NCBI GenBank assembly: GCA_963765205.1
Contig: CAVXVB010000009.1
Location: 448,001-512,000, forward strand
DNA from: an uncultured Verrucomicrobiae bacterium
GTDB lineage: Bacteria; Verrucomicrobiota; Verrucomicrobiia; Opitutales; JABDGR01
Direction of reading: 5' to 3'
DNA: 64,000 bases
This document shows, piece by piece, positions 9,671 to 20,963 of this stretch. A model generated the notes under the pieces. It made no database searches. It was not told the origin of the DNA and saw nothing but the letters and a program-made list of their open reading frames with translations. Position 1 is the first letter of the stretch. Every line of letters starts with the position of its first letter. The translations under genes and the position numbers were made by a program.

Positions 9671-10409
9671 GGAATCCGCCGTCGGCGGCAATTTGGAATA
9701 AATATCGAAGGTGCGGCTGAGGCTGTCCATCAATTGCGTGAAGTCGGGGTTGGTCCGACAGGTCTTCGAAGGCCACATTCGACGACAGACGAATGACGAG
9801 TTGTTCCTTGCGCTGGTCGAGGCCGAAATGTTGGAAATCCTCGACCAGAATGGGCAATCGCTCGATGCGCCCGGTGAGGCCATTATTCCACCCGGACATA
9901 TCGTAATGCATGGGCACGCCGCCAACCAGATGCCAGAAAATCACATGAACCTTCTCACCGTCTTTTTCAAAAGTGCCCGTTTCCATCGGCTTTAGCGTGC
10001 CACCAGCCATCGGTTGGGCCTCGACATGGTCGCGCAAGACCGTCTCCCAGCCATTATGCACCCAGCAAGTGTCGGGCGAGTGGGCGCCCACCTTGGCGGG
10101 GCTGACTTTGCCCGGCAGCCAATGCGCGATATACACGCCGACATTCGCCCGCCCATTGGCGTAAATGCGGTAAATGGCATCGTCGAAATGCAGGACGGCC
10201 TCGGCTTGCTCCTGCTCTTCGGGCGTGTCGGCAATCGGCAAGTCCTTGGTCTGCCAGCCCGCCGGCGCGGCCGGCAGCAGATTTTGCAAGGGCTGGTCAA
10301 TCTTCGGTTTTGGCGCGGGCTTGAGCGTGATATACAAGTTCAACCCCAGCAACGCGACCACGATCACGGCACCAAAGCTCAACATTACACGCATCCAACG
10401 GGGAGACAT
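9623..10409 (-). CDS. Exosortase-associated EpsI-family protein; probable 1-bp frameshift near 9757
   Basis: N-terminal TM helix; VYIAHW.PG, HSPDTCWVHNGW, VIFWHLVGG; removing one base at CTG TCG GAC gives FEDLWTNPDFTQLMDSL..., continuing to the stop at 9623. Confidence 0.65.
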
Positions 10410-10440
10410 GGCAGCAGCATATCGGAAGAAGCAAGAAATT

Positions 10441-10607
10441 AGAAGCTAGAAGTTGGAAGGTGGAAGACAGACGATGGCTCCTAAGCCGAACACGAGCCAA
10501 CGCTCAACGCTCAAGTCAGGAGGCAACCAAATCCTCCGCCTCGTCATCACTTGGTGGGGTTCTCTTATTTGAGCGTTAAACGTTAAGCGTTAAAAGTTGA
10601 GCGTTTT
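10441..10607. repeat. Degenerate heptamer arrays with an inverted pair
   Basis: agaagct agaagtt ggaaggt ggaagac; then aacgctc aacgctc and complementary ttgagcg ttaaacg ttaagcg ttaaaag ttgagcg. Confidence 0.65.
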
Positions 10608-10709
10608 TACGCGCCTGCCTCGGCTAAAAATACTTATGGAAGGAGGACGGCAGACACCCCTTTCCGATTGCCGCGCTCGTGTTTTCAATTAGACTGATCC
10701 ATCCCTTTC

Positions 10710-11846
10710 ATGCCCCCGCGCATCTATCTTTCCCCGCCGGACATCGGACCGGACGAGCAGGCCTTGGTCGCCGACGCTTTCGCCTCGAATTGGATTGCCC
10801 CACTCGGCCCGCATGTGGACGCCTTCGAGCGCGAATTCGCCCAGCACCTTGGCGTGGCGCACGCCGTCGCGCTCAGTTCCGGCACGGCGGCCCTGCATCT
10901 TGCGTTGCGCCAGCTTGGCGTCGGCCCGGGCGATGAGGTATTTTGCTCGACCCTGACGTTCGTCGCCTCGGCCAACCCGATTGTTTACGAAGGCGGCACG
11001 CCCGTCTTCCTCGATTGTGAACGCGAATCCTGGAACCTCGACCCGAATATTTTGGCCGACGCCCTGCGTGACCGCGCGCGCGACGGCAAAATGCCCAAGG
11101 CCCTCGTCCTCGTCCATCTCTACGGCCAAAGCGCCAACCTCGACCTTATCGCCGCCTTGTGCGCGCAATACGGCGTGACCCTCGTCGAGGACGCCGCGGA
11201 AGCCCTCGGTGCGACGCACGGCGGACGGCATGTCGGCACCCGCGGCGTCACGGGAATTTTTTCCTTCAACGGCAACAAGATCATCACCACCTCCGGCGGC
11301 GGGATGCTGGTGACGAATGATGCCTTGTTTGCCGCACAGACACGTTTCCTCGCCACGCAGGCGCGCGACCCCGCCCCGCATTACGAACATTCGCAGCTCG
11401 GCTTTAATTATCGCCTGAGCAACGTGCTCGCCGCGATTGGCCGCGGGCAATTGCGCCACCTCGCGAAAAAAGTCGCCCGCCGCCGCGCGCATTTTGATTT
11501 TTACCAGGCTGCGCTCGGCGATTTGCCCGGCATCAGTTTCATGCCCGAAGCCACCTGGGGCTGCGCCAACCGCTGGCTGACCTGCCTGACGATTGACCCC
11601 GCCGTCGCGGGCGCCGACCGCGAACAAGTCCGCCTTGCGCTGGAAAAGGAAAACATCGAAGCCCGCCCGGTCTGGAAGCCGATGCACGCGCAGCCGCTTT
11701 TTGCCCGCGCCCCGCGTTTTGGCGGAGCGGTGGCCGACGAGTTGTTCGCGCGTGGCCTGTGCCTGCCCTCAGGTTCCAACCTGTCCGATGCCGACCGCGC
11801 GCGCGTCGCGGCAACCGTGCGGGCCTGCTTTCCGAGCGCGCGTTAA
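10710..11846 (+). CDS. DegT/DnrJ/EryC1/StrS aminotransferase (PglE-like)
   Basis: RIYLSPP, SSGTAALHL, EDAAEALG, SFNGNKIITTSGGG (PLP lysine), RPVWKPMH. Confidence 0.92.
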   Translation: MPPRIYLSPPDIGPDEQALVADAFASNWIAPLGPHVDAFEREFAQHLGVAHAVALSSGTAALHLALRQLGVGPGDEVFCSTLTFVASANPIVYEGGTPVFLDCERESWNLDPNILADALRDRARDGKMPKALVLVHLYGQSANLDLIAALCAQYGVTLVEDAAEALGATHGGRHVGTRGVTGIFSFNGNKIITTSGGGMLVTNDALFAAQTRFLATQARDPAPHYEHSQLGFNYRLSNVLAAIGRGQLRHLAKKVARRRAHFDFYQAALGDLPGISFMPEATWGCANRWLTCLTIDPAVAGADREQVRLALEKENIEARPVWKPMHAQPLFARAPRFGGAVADELFARGLCLPSGSNLSDADRARVAATVRACFPSAR

Positions 11847-11944
11847 AGAAGCGCAAAAATCGGCCCGATTCGATATTTTTCCTGAGCGAATTCTTGCCAT
11901 GATTTCCGGTGGACGATATTCTGTCCAGTTTTGCTAAAAGCGCC

Positions 11945-13868
11945 ATGCCTTCACCCTCCATCCATCGGATTTTCTTGCGGCACCTCCTCGTGCTGTGCTG
12001 CTATGCCGGTTCGCTCGCGGCCTGCCTATGGTTTTCCTACGAGCTGCGGTTCGAGTTTAATTTGAAAACGGGTGATGGAGCGCTGTGGGTCAAACCGCTG
12101 CATTACCAGTTGCTCTGGCTGGTGCCGTTGGAGCTGTTTTTACTCTATATCTTCGGCCAGTTCCGTGGTTTTTTATCCTATTTTCGTCTGCCGGATATGA
12201 TGAAGATTGCCTGGGCCTTTGGCTGGGTTTCGGGAATCCTGGGTGTCTTGTGGCTGCTGTTCACCTATTTTCAGGGCTTTAACTATTTTCCCGGTTTTAC
12301 CGGGATTACCAAAATTGCGCCGCCCTCTTCCGTCATCATCCTCAATTACCTCCTTTCCACCCTCTCGCTGGCCGCCTTTCGGATTAACTTGCGCGCTTAC
12401 CGCGAGGGCCAGCCCTCCGGCCCGCGCGGAAATGGGTCGGCCAAACTGCGGCGGGTGGCGATTGTCGGCGCGGGCGAAGTGGGTTCTGCCGTTGCGGCGG
12501 ATTTGCTGGCCAAACGCGGCCTCGGCCTCAAACCCGTGGTTTTTTTCGACGACAATGCGGCCAAGCACGGCCACGATGTCCATGGCATCCCCGTCGCCGG
12601 CCCGCCGGACCAGATGGCCGCCGCCCGCGAGGCCTACGATTTTGATCAGATCATCATTGCGCTGCCCGCCGCCGCGCACCGGCGCATGCCTCGAGGTCGT
12701 CAGCCAGGCCAAAGCGCTCGGGTTGGAAACGGAAATCATGCCCTCGATGTGGGACTTGGCCTCCGGCCGCGTGCAGGCCTCCCAAATCCGTCCGGTCGAA
12801 TTGGAGGACTTGCTCGGGCGCGAGCCGGTCGGCCTGGACTCAGAGCAAATCAAGGACATGCTCCAGGATCGCGTCGTGCTGGTGACCGGTGCGGGCGGCA
12901 GCATCGGAGCGGAACTTTGCCGGCAAATTGCCAACCGCGCGTCCAAACGCCTGATTTTGGTGGACCATTCCGAGGTGCAGCTTTTTCAAATCGAGCAGGA
13001 ACTCATTGGCCTCGGCCACAGCTCAGTGATCTTGCCCTGCATTGGGACGGTGCTCGACCAGGAACGCATGGGCTGGATCCTGCGCACCTACCGGCCTGCG
13101 CTGGTCTTCCACGCCGCCGCGCACAAGCATGTGCCCATGATGGAGCACCAGCCCGTCGAGGCGCTGAAAAACAACACCTTCGGCACCCTCCGCCTGGCGC
13201 ATCTTGCCTCCCAATACCAGGTGGAGAAATTCGTATTTATCTCCACGGACAAGGCCGTCAACCCAACCAGCGTGATGGGCTGCTCGAAACGCCTCGCCGA
13301 AATCGCCGTGCAAGCCCAGCAGCAAAGGCCCGGCAACACGACCAAGTTCTGCGCGGTGCGCTTTGGCAACGTCCTCGGCTCCTCCGGCAGCGTGATTCCC
13401 ACTTTTAAGCGCCAGATCGCCGAAGGCGGTCCGGTGACGGTCACGCACCCGGAGGTCATGCGCTATTTCATGACCATTCCCGAATCGGTCGGCCTCGTTC
13501 TGCAGGCGGCCTCCCAGGCGGACGGCGGGGAAATTTTCGTCTTGGACATGGGCCAGCCCATCAAAATCGTGGACGTTGCCCGCCAACTCATCGAGCTAAG
13601 CGGCTTCCGGCCCGGCGTGGACATCGAGATCAAATACGTCGGCCTGCGCCCTGGCGAAAAACTCTTCGAGGAATTCCAACACCACGGTGAACAATTTCAG
13701 GCTACACCGCACAAGCGCATCTTCCGGTTTGTCTGCCAGCCCGCCACGCCCCCCCAAGTCGAGGAGTGGATGAAGCAACTCAGCGAACGCCTCGTTCCCG
13801 GCTCGCGTGATGAAATCAAGCAATTCCTCACCCAGATCGTCCCGGAATACGCGCCCTATTTGGATTGA
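11945..13868 (+). CDS. Membrane-bound UDP-GlcNAc 4,6-dehydratase (PglF/CapD-like); 1-bp frameshift near 12689
   Basis: N-terminal TM helices and IVGAGE in one frame; VLVTGAGGSIG, FHAAAHKHVP, STDKAVNP, RFGNVLGSSGSV, GLRPGEKL in the next; join HRRM|LEVV. Confidence 0.9.
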
Positions 13869-13901
13869 AATCTCGTTCCGCAAAAGCTCCCGCCAAAGCG
13901 A

Positions 13902-15058
13902 TCACTGCCAGCCATTGCGCTTGGCGGGAATATCCTCCAGCAAAAGCGGCGAAAACAGATTATTCGTGACCAGGTATAGTTTCCCGGCAACCAGGAAAAA
14001 TTGTGCCGAAGTATCTCCGCGCAGGGGAATGGAAGACCACGTCCCCGCCCGTTGGCCGGTGGCGAGATCCAGGGCCACGAGAGTATAGCCCGTGCTTGCA
14101 GGTTCACACAGCAACAGATAACCGCCGTGGATAATCGAGTCCCCTTTCACGGGCAGACGGCTGGCGGGATCGCCCTCTGGCGCGGGCACGTCCCACACGG
14201 TGGTATTTTTTTCCAAATCCACCAGTTTGAAATTTTCCGCGGAGGCGCTGCGATAGGAAATTAAGGCGGTGGAGGAATCGGGCATCCAATGGTCCACGCG
14301 GGCCGTTGTTCCGGCGCTGGAGTAGTGGACGGATCCATCTTGCATAAAATACTTCCATTGGTTCTCCAAGTTTTCGGCGCCCGTCCCCTCACCACGGCTC
14401 CCCGCCCGTCCGGCGCCACGGCCAGGATCCGCAGATAGCCCGGACAGTCGGCGGCGAAGGACAGCTTGCCGCCCGGCGCAAATACGAGCAATCGCGGTGC
14501 ATTGCTTTGGGACTCCTTCCGCACCAGGAGGGCGAGGCTGCCATCTTCGCCAAGCATGAATTCCTGCTCCGCGTATTGAAAATACGGTCCAATCTGAGCC
14601 GCCAATTTTCCACCCCTGTAGATTTCAGCCGAAATCAGACCGTTGTTTTCCAACGGGAGCACCATCGTGGAGCTGTCCCGCGTGGCCAGTAGCGCCGGGC
14701 CGGTGCCAGGGACATCCGGTAGGGTTATCGTCCAAGACGCGCCGGTTGCATAGACCGTCAGGATCTTGTCATGCTGGGTCATCACCAAGCCGGTTTGCGA
14801 GACTGGATTTGCGTCACGCAACTCACGCACGACCGAACCATCCGGCGCGAACCAGCGCACCACCCTGATGAATTCCCCGCCCGTGATGCCCATACTGGAA
14901 AGGTTGACATACGGAGCCAGCCATTTTGATTCTTGTGCGCCGCCCACCGGTCCCGGCATCTCGAAAATCGGTGCGGGCGCATGGCCCTGGCCCGCCAACC
15001 GGGCGGCTTCCGCCAAAAGCCCCCAGAGCAAAAACTTGACCATGATTTTGTTTTTCAT
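13902..15058 (-). CDS. Secreted hypothetical protein, possibly beta-propeller; 1-bp frameshift near 14390
   Basis: Signal-peptide-like N-terminus; propeller-like segments (LAVAPDG, LVALDLATG); adding one G joins ORF 14261..15058 to 13902..14369 (VVEGTGAENLENQW). Confidence 0.55.
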
Positions 15059-15082
15059 CGCTGGCTCGGCGGTTTCGCGCCG

Positions 15083-15661
15083 TTACTTCACGCCCTGTAA
15101 CTCCACCTGGAAGATGAGCGTGGCATTGGGCGGAATCGGCCCTCCCGGCGTGCCGTTCGGGCCATAGCCCAGTTGCGGCGGAATGGTCAATATGCGCTTT
15201 TCGCCGACTTTCATCCCTGCCACGCCTTCGTCCCACCCTTTGATAACCAGGCCCTTCCCGAGCGGAAAGGAAAAGGGCGTGCCACCATGATTGTCGGTTG
15301 AGTCAAACACCGTGCCATCCATGAGGGTGCCCTTGTAATAGACGGACACGATTTCGCCGGGCTTCGCCTCCGCCCCCGTGCCGACGGCTACAATCTGAAT
15401 TTTCAACCCCGAAGCGGTGGTGATGTTTTGACCGACCGCTGCCGCCTCCACCATCGCCGGCCGGGCGGGAGTGGGTGCCGGTGTGGGCCGGGGGATGGCT
15501 GCGGAACCGGTGGCGGCTGACGGTTTCGGCGCCGGTGCGGTCGTGACAGGCACATCCAGCGTCGCCACGTTTACGGCAGATTTTTTATTCATGATTTGCA
15601 GGATGATCCCCACGATCAACAGGACGATGAGGGCGACGACGATTCCATCTTTAGTTTTCAT
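15083..15661 (-). CDS. FKBP-type peptidyl-prolyl isomerase with N-terminal TM anchor and P/A/T linker
   Basis: [45 protein letters not shown]. Confidence 0.92.
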   Translation of the reverse strand: MKTKDGIVVALIVLLIVGIILQIMNKKSAVNVATLDVPVTTAPAPKPSAATGSAAIPRPTPAPTPARPAMVEAAAVGQNITTASGLKIQIVAVGTGAEAKPGEIVSVYYKGTLMDGTVFDSTDNHGGTPFSFPLGKGLVIKGWDEGVAGMKVGEKRILTIPPQLGYGPNGTPGGPIPPNATLIFQVELQGVK

Positions 15662-15760
15662 GGGGCGACGGGCCATCATCGTGGTGCGGGCCACGCCGCG
15701 TGGCAATACGAATGATGGAGCGGTTATTTCGAGGTGGACGGGCCGCCGCATTCCCCATCC

Positions 15761-16207
15761 CTATTTAATTTCCAAAAGCTGCACCTCGAAAATCAAGGTC
15801 GAGTTGGGCGGGATGTTGGGCAGGTTCTGCGAACCATAGCCTAATTTTGCGGGGATGATGAGCTTGCGCTTTTCGCCAACCCTCATGCCCGCCACGCCCT
15901 CGTCCCAGCCGGCGATGACTTTGCCCGCGCCGAGCGGGAAGATAAACGGGCCTTTTCCATCCGTGGAATCGAACACCGTCCCATCCGCCAGAGTGCCTTT
16001 ATAATACACCGCGACGGTGTCGCCGGCCAGGGCGATCCGTCCGTTGCTCGGTTGCAAAATTTGGAACATCAGTCCCGACGAGGTTTTGACCATTTTGCTG
16101 ACGTCCCCGAGAGAGACCGTGGGCAAAGCGTTGGCCGAACTATCACAGCCGTCGGCGAGGAGGCTGACAATGGCAACGCCCAACGTGATCCATTTTGTTA
16201 TTTGCAT
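15761..16207 (-). CDS. FKBP-type peptidyl-prolyl isomerase, possible lipoprotein
   Basis: Same FKBP motifs; hydrophobic N-terminus ending LLADGC. Confidence 0.9.
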   Translation of the reverse strand: MQITKWITLGVAIVSLLADGCDSSANALPTVSLGDVSKMVKTSSGLMFQILQPSNGRIALAGDTVAVYYKGTLADGTVFDSTDGKGPFIFPLGAGKVIAGWDEGVAGMRVGEKRKLIIPAKLGYGSQNLPNIPPNSTLIFEVQLLEIK

Positions 16208-16300
16208 GGGTGGAGGTGAATTCGCCCAAATTAAAGGGCAGTTTTTTAGGAATGCCAACCAAACTCTTTTCGGCTAAGCTCCACCGTTTATTATTGCCTC

Positions 16301-17260
16301 ATGAATCTTCCCCCCGACCTTAAAATCTTCGTCGCCGGCCATCAAGGCATGGTCGGCCAGGCCCTCCTGCGCGCCCTGCACAAGCGCGGCCACCCCGCCG
16401 GCCGCGTGCTGACGCCCAGCCGCGCCGAGCTGGACCTCGGTGCTCGCACCGCCACCGAGCAATACCTCGCCGCGCAACGCCCCGGCTTGGTCATTATCGC
16501 GGCTGCGCGCGTCGGCGGCATTTACGCCAACAACACCTACCCGGCGGAATTCATCCACGACAACCTCGCGATTGCGCTCAACCTCATCCACGGTTCCTAT
16601 CTGGCGAAGGTGCCGCGCCTGCTCTTTCTCGGCAGTTCGTGCATCTACCCCCGCCTGGCCCCGCAGCCTATGGCCGAGGACTGCCTGCTCACCAGCGCCC
16701 TCGAGCCGACCAACGAGCCGTATGCCCTCGCCAAAATCGCCGGCCTGAAAATGTGCCAGTATTACCGCAAGCAATACGGCGTGCTCTTCCATTCCGCGAT
16801 GCCCACCAACCTCTACGGCCCGCGCGACAATTACCATCCGCAAAACTCCCATGTGCTGCCCGCCCTCCTGCGCCGTTTCCACGACGCTCAGGTGGCTGGC
16901 GCGGCGGAAGTCATCTTGTGGGGCACCGGCACCCCAAAGCGCGAATTTCTCCATGTGGACGACTGCGCCGACGCGCTCCTCCACGTCTGCAGCCTCGCCA
17001 ATCCGCCCGACTGGATCAACATCGGCACCGGCCAGGATGTGACCATCCGCCAGGCCGCCGAACTCGTCGCCGAGACCGTCGGCTTCACCGGGCGCATTGT
17101 CCAGGACACCGCGAAACCCGACGGCTCGCCCCGCAAACTCCTCGACATTTCCCGCCTGCGCGCCACCGGCTGGGCACCCAAAATCACCCTGCGCGACGGC
17201 CTCCGCGACGCCTACCAACATTTCCTCGCCGACCAGGCCGCCGGGAATCTGCGCGAGTAA
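16301..17260 (+). CDS. fcl: GDP-L-fucose synthase
   Basis: [56 protein letters not shown]. Confidence 0.95.
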   Translation: MNLPPDLKIFVAGHQGMVGQALLRALHKRGHPAGRVLTPSRAELDLGARTATEQYLAAQRPGLVIIAAARVGGIYANNTYPAEFIHDNLAIALNLIHGSYLAKVPRLLFLGSSCIYPRLAPQPMAEDCLLTSALEPTNEPYALAKIAGLKMCQYYRKQYGVLFHSAMPTNLYGPRDNYHPQNSHVLPALLRRFHDAQVAGAAEVILWGTGTPKREFLHVDDCADALLHVCSLANPPDWINIGTGQDVTIRQAAELVAETVGFTGRIVQDTAKPDGSPRKLLDISRLRATGWAPKITLRDGLRDAYQHFLADQAAGNLRE

Positions 17261-17344
17261 CCTCCGCGCCATTATAAAAATAATTTTCCTTTAGACTTGT
17301 TAAGTTTTTCACGGGCGCGTAAGGACAGGGCAACCCTCTTACCC

Positions 17345-18346
17345 ATGGCCATTCTTCTCGGATGCATTGTTGGCTTTATCGCGTGGTTTTGCGTTCGTTA
17401 CGTCGCGGCCGGCCTGTATACCGTGAACCAAAATGAACGCGCGGTGAAAACCAGTTTTGGCAAGGCCGAGCGCGTCGGCACGGCCACGACCCTCGAAGAC
17501 CCCATCGCCGCGACCTTGTCCGCGGAGGAAAAACCCCGCTACTCCTACCCCCAGGTGCGCGTGATTCCGCCCGGCGGCCCCTATTTCAAATTGCCGTGGG
17601 AGCGCGTCTATCGCGTGTCCGTCGCCACCCAGACGATCAACATGGCCGTGGACCCCGAAGACCGGAACGCCAACAACCAGGGCACGATTCTCGAAGCCGT
17701 CACCAAGGACCAGCTCAACACCGGTCTCAAGGGGCAGATCCGCTACCACGCCTCCGAAAAAAATCTCTACGCCTATCTCTTCGGTGTAAAACACCCCATC
17801 ACCCACGTCATGGGGTATTTTGTTTCCATCCTGCGCGAACGCATCGCCACCTTTGACGTGCCGCCGACCGCCAAAGACCCCAACGACACCTCGCCCCACA
17901 TTGGCGCGGCCACAGCGGTCATCGGGATTTCCATCAACGACCTACGCAAGAATCTGCGCGATATCAACGACCACATGGACCGCGAGTGCGCCGGCTCGGC
18001 GGCGCGCTACGGCATCGCCCTTGACGCCTCGCTCATCACGGAAATTGATCCGCCGGAGGACGTCGAGTCCGCGCTCGCCGCCATCAACACCGCCTACAAC
18101 GAAGTTTCCTCCAGCATCAGCCTCGCCCAGGCCGGGGCCGACCAGAAAATCGTCCTCTCCCGGCGCGCGGTCGAAATCGAGACACTTAAGGCCCAGGCCG
18201 AAGTACAGCCCCTCGTCGCACTCGCCGCCCAATTAAGCGATTTGAAGAAAAGCGGCGTTGGCGCGCTCAAGGCCTACATCCGCAACGTGCGGTTAAAATT
18301 ATTTAGCGAGGCTAAAAGTGTGATTATGGAGGCCCGCCATGATTAA
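17345..18346 (+). CDS. SPFH/band-7 domain membrane protein
   Basis: N-terminal TM, YTVNQNERAVKTSFG, GPYFKLPWE, ITEIDPPEDVESAL, coiled-coil tail. Confidence 0.8.
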   Translation: MAILLGCIVGFIAWFCVRYVAAGLYTVNQNERAVKTSFGKAERVGTATTLEDPIAATLSAEEKPRYSYPQVRVIPPGGPYFKLPWERVYRVSVATQTINMAVDPEDRNANNQGTILEAVTKDQLNTGLKGQIRYHASEKNLYAYLFGVKHPITHVMGYFVSILRERIATFDVPPTAKDPNDTSPHIGAATAVIGISINDLRKNLRDINDHMDRECAGSAARYGIALDASLITEIDPPEDVESALAAINTAYNEVSSSISLAQAGADQKIVLSRRAVEIETLKAQAEVQPLVALAAQLSDLKKSGVGALKAYIRNVRLKLFSEAKSVIMEARHD

Positions 18347-19286
18347 CTTTCTCATCGCCGCGGCTGTAACCTTTTTCGGCTTGTTCATCGCCGTCCCGGT
18401 TTTGCTTGGCCTCCTACAGGTGTTCGGCCTCTACACGATTGTCCAGGAGCGCCAGTGCAAAGTCTATGTGCTCTTCGGCAAAGTCCTGGCCGTGATTGAC
18501 CAGCCCGGCCTGCATCTGCTCATCGGCAAACTTGGCCTCAAGGCCCCCGTTTGCGCCATCCTCGGCCAGTGCCATGTGCTCGATTTGCGCATGGACCAGG
18601 TGTATCTGCGCAGCACCCCCGTCAATTCCGAGGAAGGCGCGCCCATGGGCATCGGCATCTGGTATGAGATGTTCATCAGCGACCCGGTCGCCTACCTCTT
18701 CAAAAACGCCGACCCGCGCGGCTCCCTCGCCGCCAACGTCGGCAACTCCACCGTCCGCTGCCTCAGCAACCTCCGCCTGGCCGACATGCTCCAAAACCGC
18801 CACGCCATGAGCCAGACTGTCCGCGCCGAAGTCTCCCCGCAATCGCAGGACTGGGGCTACAGCCTCGGCTCGGCTTACATCCGCAAGGTGCATTTCCGCG
18901 ATGATATGATGATCAAGCAAATCGAGGAGAAAGTCGTCAACCGCCTCCGCCAGGTCACCGCCGCCATCAAGCAGGACGGCGCCAACCAGGTCAGCATCAT
19001 CACCAGCACCGCCGAGCGCCAGGCCGCGATCGAACTCGCCAAGGCCGCCGTGATGCGCCCGCAAATCGTCGGCGCCGCCTTGCAAAAAATTTCCGAGGAC
19101 CCCGAGATTTCCGACGCCCTGTTCCAAACCCTCGAAACGCAAAACATCATCAACGGCCAGGTGGACATCACCCTCATCCCGAAAAACTCCGGCCTGCTCG
19201 GCCAGTTCCTCACCGCCCTCCAAAGCGGCCAACTCTCGTCAGCAGGTGGTTCTGGTTCGGCCACTCCACCCAACGTGCGAACGTAG
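18339..19286 (+). CDS. SPFH/band-7 domain membrane protein (partner)
   Basis: 8-nt overlap with previous gene; TM, YTIVQE...LFGKV...PGLH, coiled-coil C-half. Confidence 0.8.
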   Translation: MINFLIAAAVTFFGLFIAVPVLLGLLQVFGLYTIVQERQCKVYVLFGKVLAVIDQPGLHLLIGKLGLKAPVCAILGQCHVLDLRMDQVYLRSTPVNSEEGAPMGIGIWYEMFISDPVAYLFKNADPRGSLAANVGNSTVRCLSNLRLADMLQNRHAMSQTVRAEVSPQSQDWGYSLGSAYIRKVHFRDDMMIKQIEEKVVNRLRQVTAAIKQDGANQVSIITSTAERQAAIELAKAAVMRPQIVGAALQKISEDPEISDALFQTLETQNIINGQVDITLIPKNSGLLGQFLTALQSGQLSSAGGSGSATPPNVRT

Positions 19287-19317
19287 CGCCTGGTCGGTGA
19301 AATCGCGGTTTTCGTTT

Positions 19318-19400
19318 TTAACCACATAACACGCAAAAACTCAGAAAAACCGCCCCTCTTGTTTTTCGCTTTATGTGTCTTTTGCGTTTTTTGTGGTTAA
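19318..19400. repeat. Inverted pair of degenerate nonamer arrays
   Basis: ttaaccacataacacgcaaaaactcagaaaa ... tttatgtgtcttttgcgttttttgtggttaa. Confidence 0.65.
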
Positions 19401-19415
19401 AATTCTTTCGTTAGT

Positions 19416-19715
19416 TTGCCTAACCGCACTCGAGCCACTTTGGAATCCGCCTCCCTCAAATTGCGGGTCGCGCCCAAGTCAGCGCAAGACGCCATCGTGG
19501 GCTGGCACGGCGACGCCTTGAAAATCAAAGTCCGCGCCGCCCCCGAAAACGGCCGCGCCAACGCCGCCGTCGTGGAACTCCTCGCGGAAACCCTCGGCCT
19601 GCCCCGCGCAGCCATCGTCCTGGAAAGCGGCCACGCCTCGCGCGACAAACGCGTACGTGTGCTCGGCCTGCCAACGCATGCCATTCATGCCCTGCTCAAG
19701 GCAGCGATGAAGTAA
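19416..19715 (+). CDS. DUF167 / YggU-family protein
   Basis: LRVAPKS...LKIKVRAAPENGRANAA...SGHASRDKRV; start uncertain (TTG 19416 or 19440). Confidence 0.85.
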   Translation: MPNRTRATLESASLKLRVAPKSAQDAIVGWHGDALKIKVRAAPENGRANAAVVELLAETLGLPRAAIVLESGHASRDKRVRVLGLPTHAIHALLKAAMK

Positions 19716-19866
19716 TGTAAAATCGTCAAGACGCGCAGGGCTCAAAAAATAAATTCTGTCAATTTTGTTCACCCAGGCACGAAGTGCCTGGAGTGATTTT
19801 GCCCAAAAATCTCTCTTTGCGCCCTCCGTGCCTTTGCGGTGAATTTCCACTCCTCCCCGCCGCCCC

Positions 19867-20637
19867 TCACACCTCGAACACCGTGATTTCCGGCGGGCAA
19901 TTGAAGCGCACGTCGAGGTGCAGGTAGCCCAGGCCGGGGTTGACATAGAGCGGCCCGGACTTCGTGTGAAAGAGGCCCATGTCGTAGGGTCCTGTGCCTT
20001 TCGGCAGAATCACCGCGCCGTAGAAGGGCACGCGCACCTGGCCGCCATGCGAATGTCCGGCCAGCATCAGGTCGAAGCTTTTGTCATCCAGTCTTTCCAC
20101 AAAATCGGGATAATGCATCAGCACAATGTTGGTCGCGCCGGGTAGCGCCTGCACCATTTTGGGATCGTCGCAGACCGCGCCAATGAGATTAATCCGCCCG
20201 TTGGCGAGCACCATGTTTTCATTCAGCAGCCAGCGCCCGCCGGTCTCCTTGAAGGCGGCATTGATCGTTTCAAAGTTCGCGTTCGACGTGTAGTCATGGT
20301 TGCCGGGCACGCCATAGAGCGGCGATTTGAGGCCCTTGAGCACCTCCAACGCCTCCGGCAGGTGCTCGGCCTTTTCGACCAGATCACCCGTGAAGCAGAC
20401 GAAATCCGGCGACAGCGCGTTGATTTTTTTCACCGCTTCCGCCAGGTAGGCGCGGTCACCTTTATGGTGTATGTCGCTGATCTGCGCGATGCGCTGGGCG
20501 GGTTCGCCGTGCGGCAGTTGGACAAAACGCGTCTTGATCGCCGAAGGCTCGATCCAAAGTGCGTCCGCGGCCAACAGCGAGGCCGATCCCGCAGTCATTC
20601 CGAGGAATTGACGCCGGGTCAGTTTCGTGGTTTTCAT
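19867..20637 (-). CDS. Tat-exported metallophosphoesterase (YkuE-like)
   Basis: TRRQFL Tat motif; SDIH, TGD, GNHD, GHSHGGQ metal motifs. Confidence 0.9.
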   Translation of the reverse strand: MKTTKLTRRQFLGMTAGSASLLAADALWIEPSAIKTRFVQLPHGEPAQRIAQISDIHHKGDRAYLAEAVKKINALSPDFVCFTGDLVEKAEHLPEALEVLKGLKSPLYGVPGNHDYTSNANFETINAAFKETGGRWLLNENMVLANGRINLIGAVCDDPKMVQALPGATNIVLMHYPDFVERLDDKSFDLMLAGHSHGGQVRVPFYGAVILPKGTGPYDMGLFHTKSGPLYVNPGLGYLHLDVRFNCPPEITVFEV

Positions 20638-20680
20638 CGTGGTTCATGGCGGGGTAGGCTTTGGGGCCTGAAGGAGATTG

Positions 20681-20700
20681 TTTTAACGGCTTTTTAACAG
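20681..20700 (-). promoter_or_regulatory. Candidate OmpR/PhoB-family binding site (11-bp-spaced direct repeat)
   Basis: Minus strand CTGTTAAAAAG-CCGTTAAAA about 45-65 bp upstream of the phosphoesterase start. Confidence 0.35.
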
Positions 20701-20963
20701 CATTTTCTGTTCCAGGGTGATCGGGGCCAAAATGAAGGTGTTGCCGAGGCAGCATCCGCTTGGCCCTGAAGGGATTTCATCATTCGAGCATGGAGGGAAA
20801 TGAGTCGAAAATAAGTGAAATGAAGCTGCCAAATTGGCTCGCAAAAGGCAATAGCAATCCGGCATGGTAGCATTCTCTCGTCCATGTCGGACAAACCAAG
20901 TTGCTTACTAATAACATATTACACAAATCTTATACCGGCCAGCAACGGCGGAAATAGCCGCCA

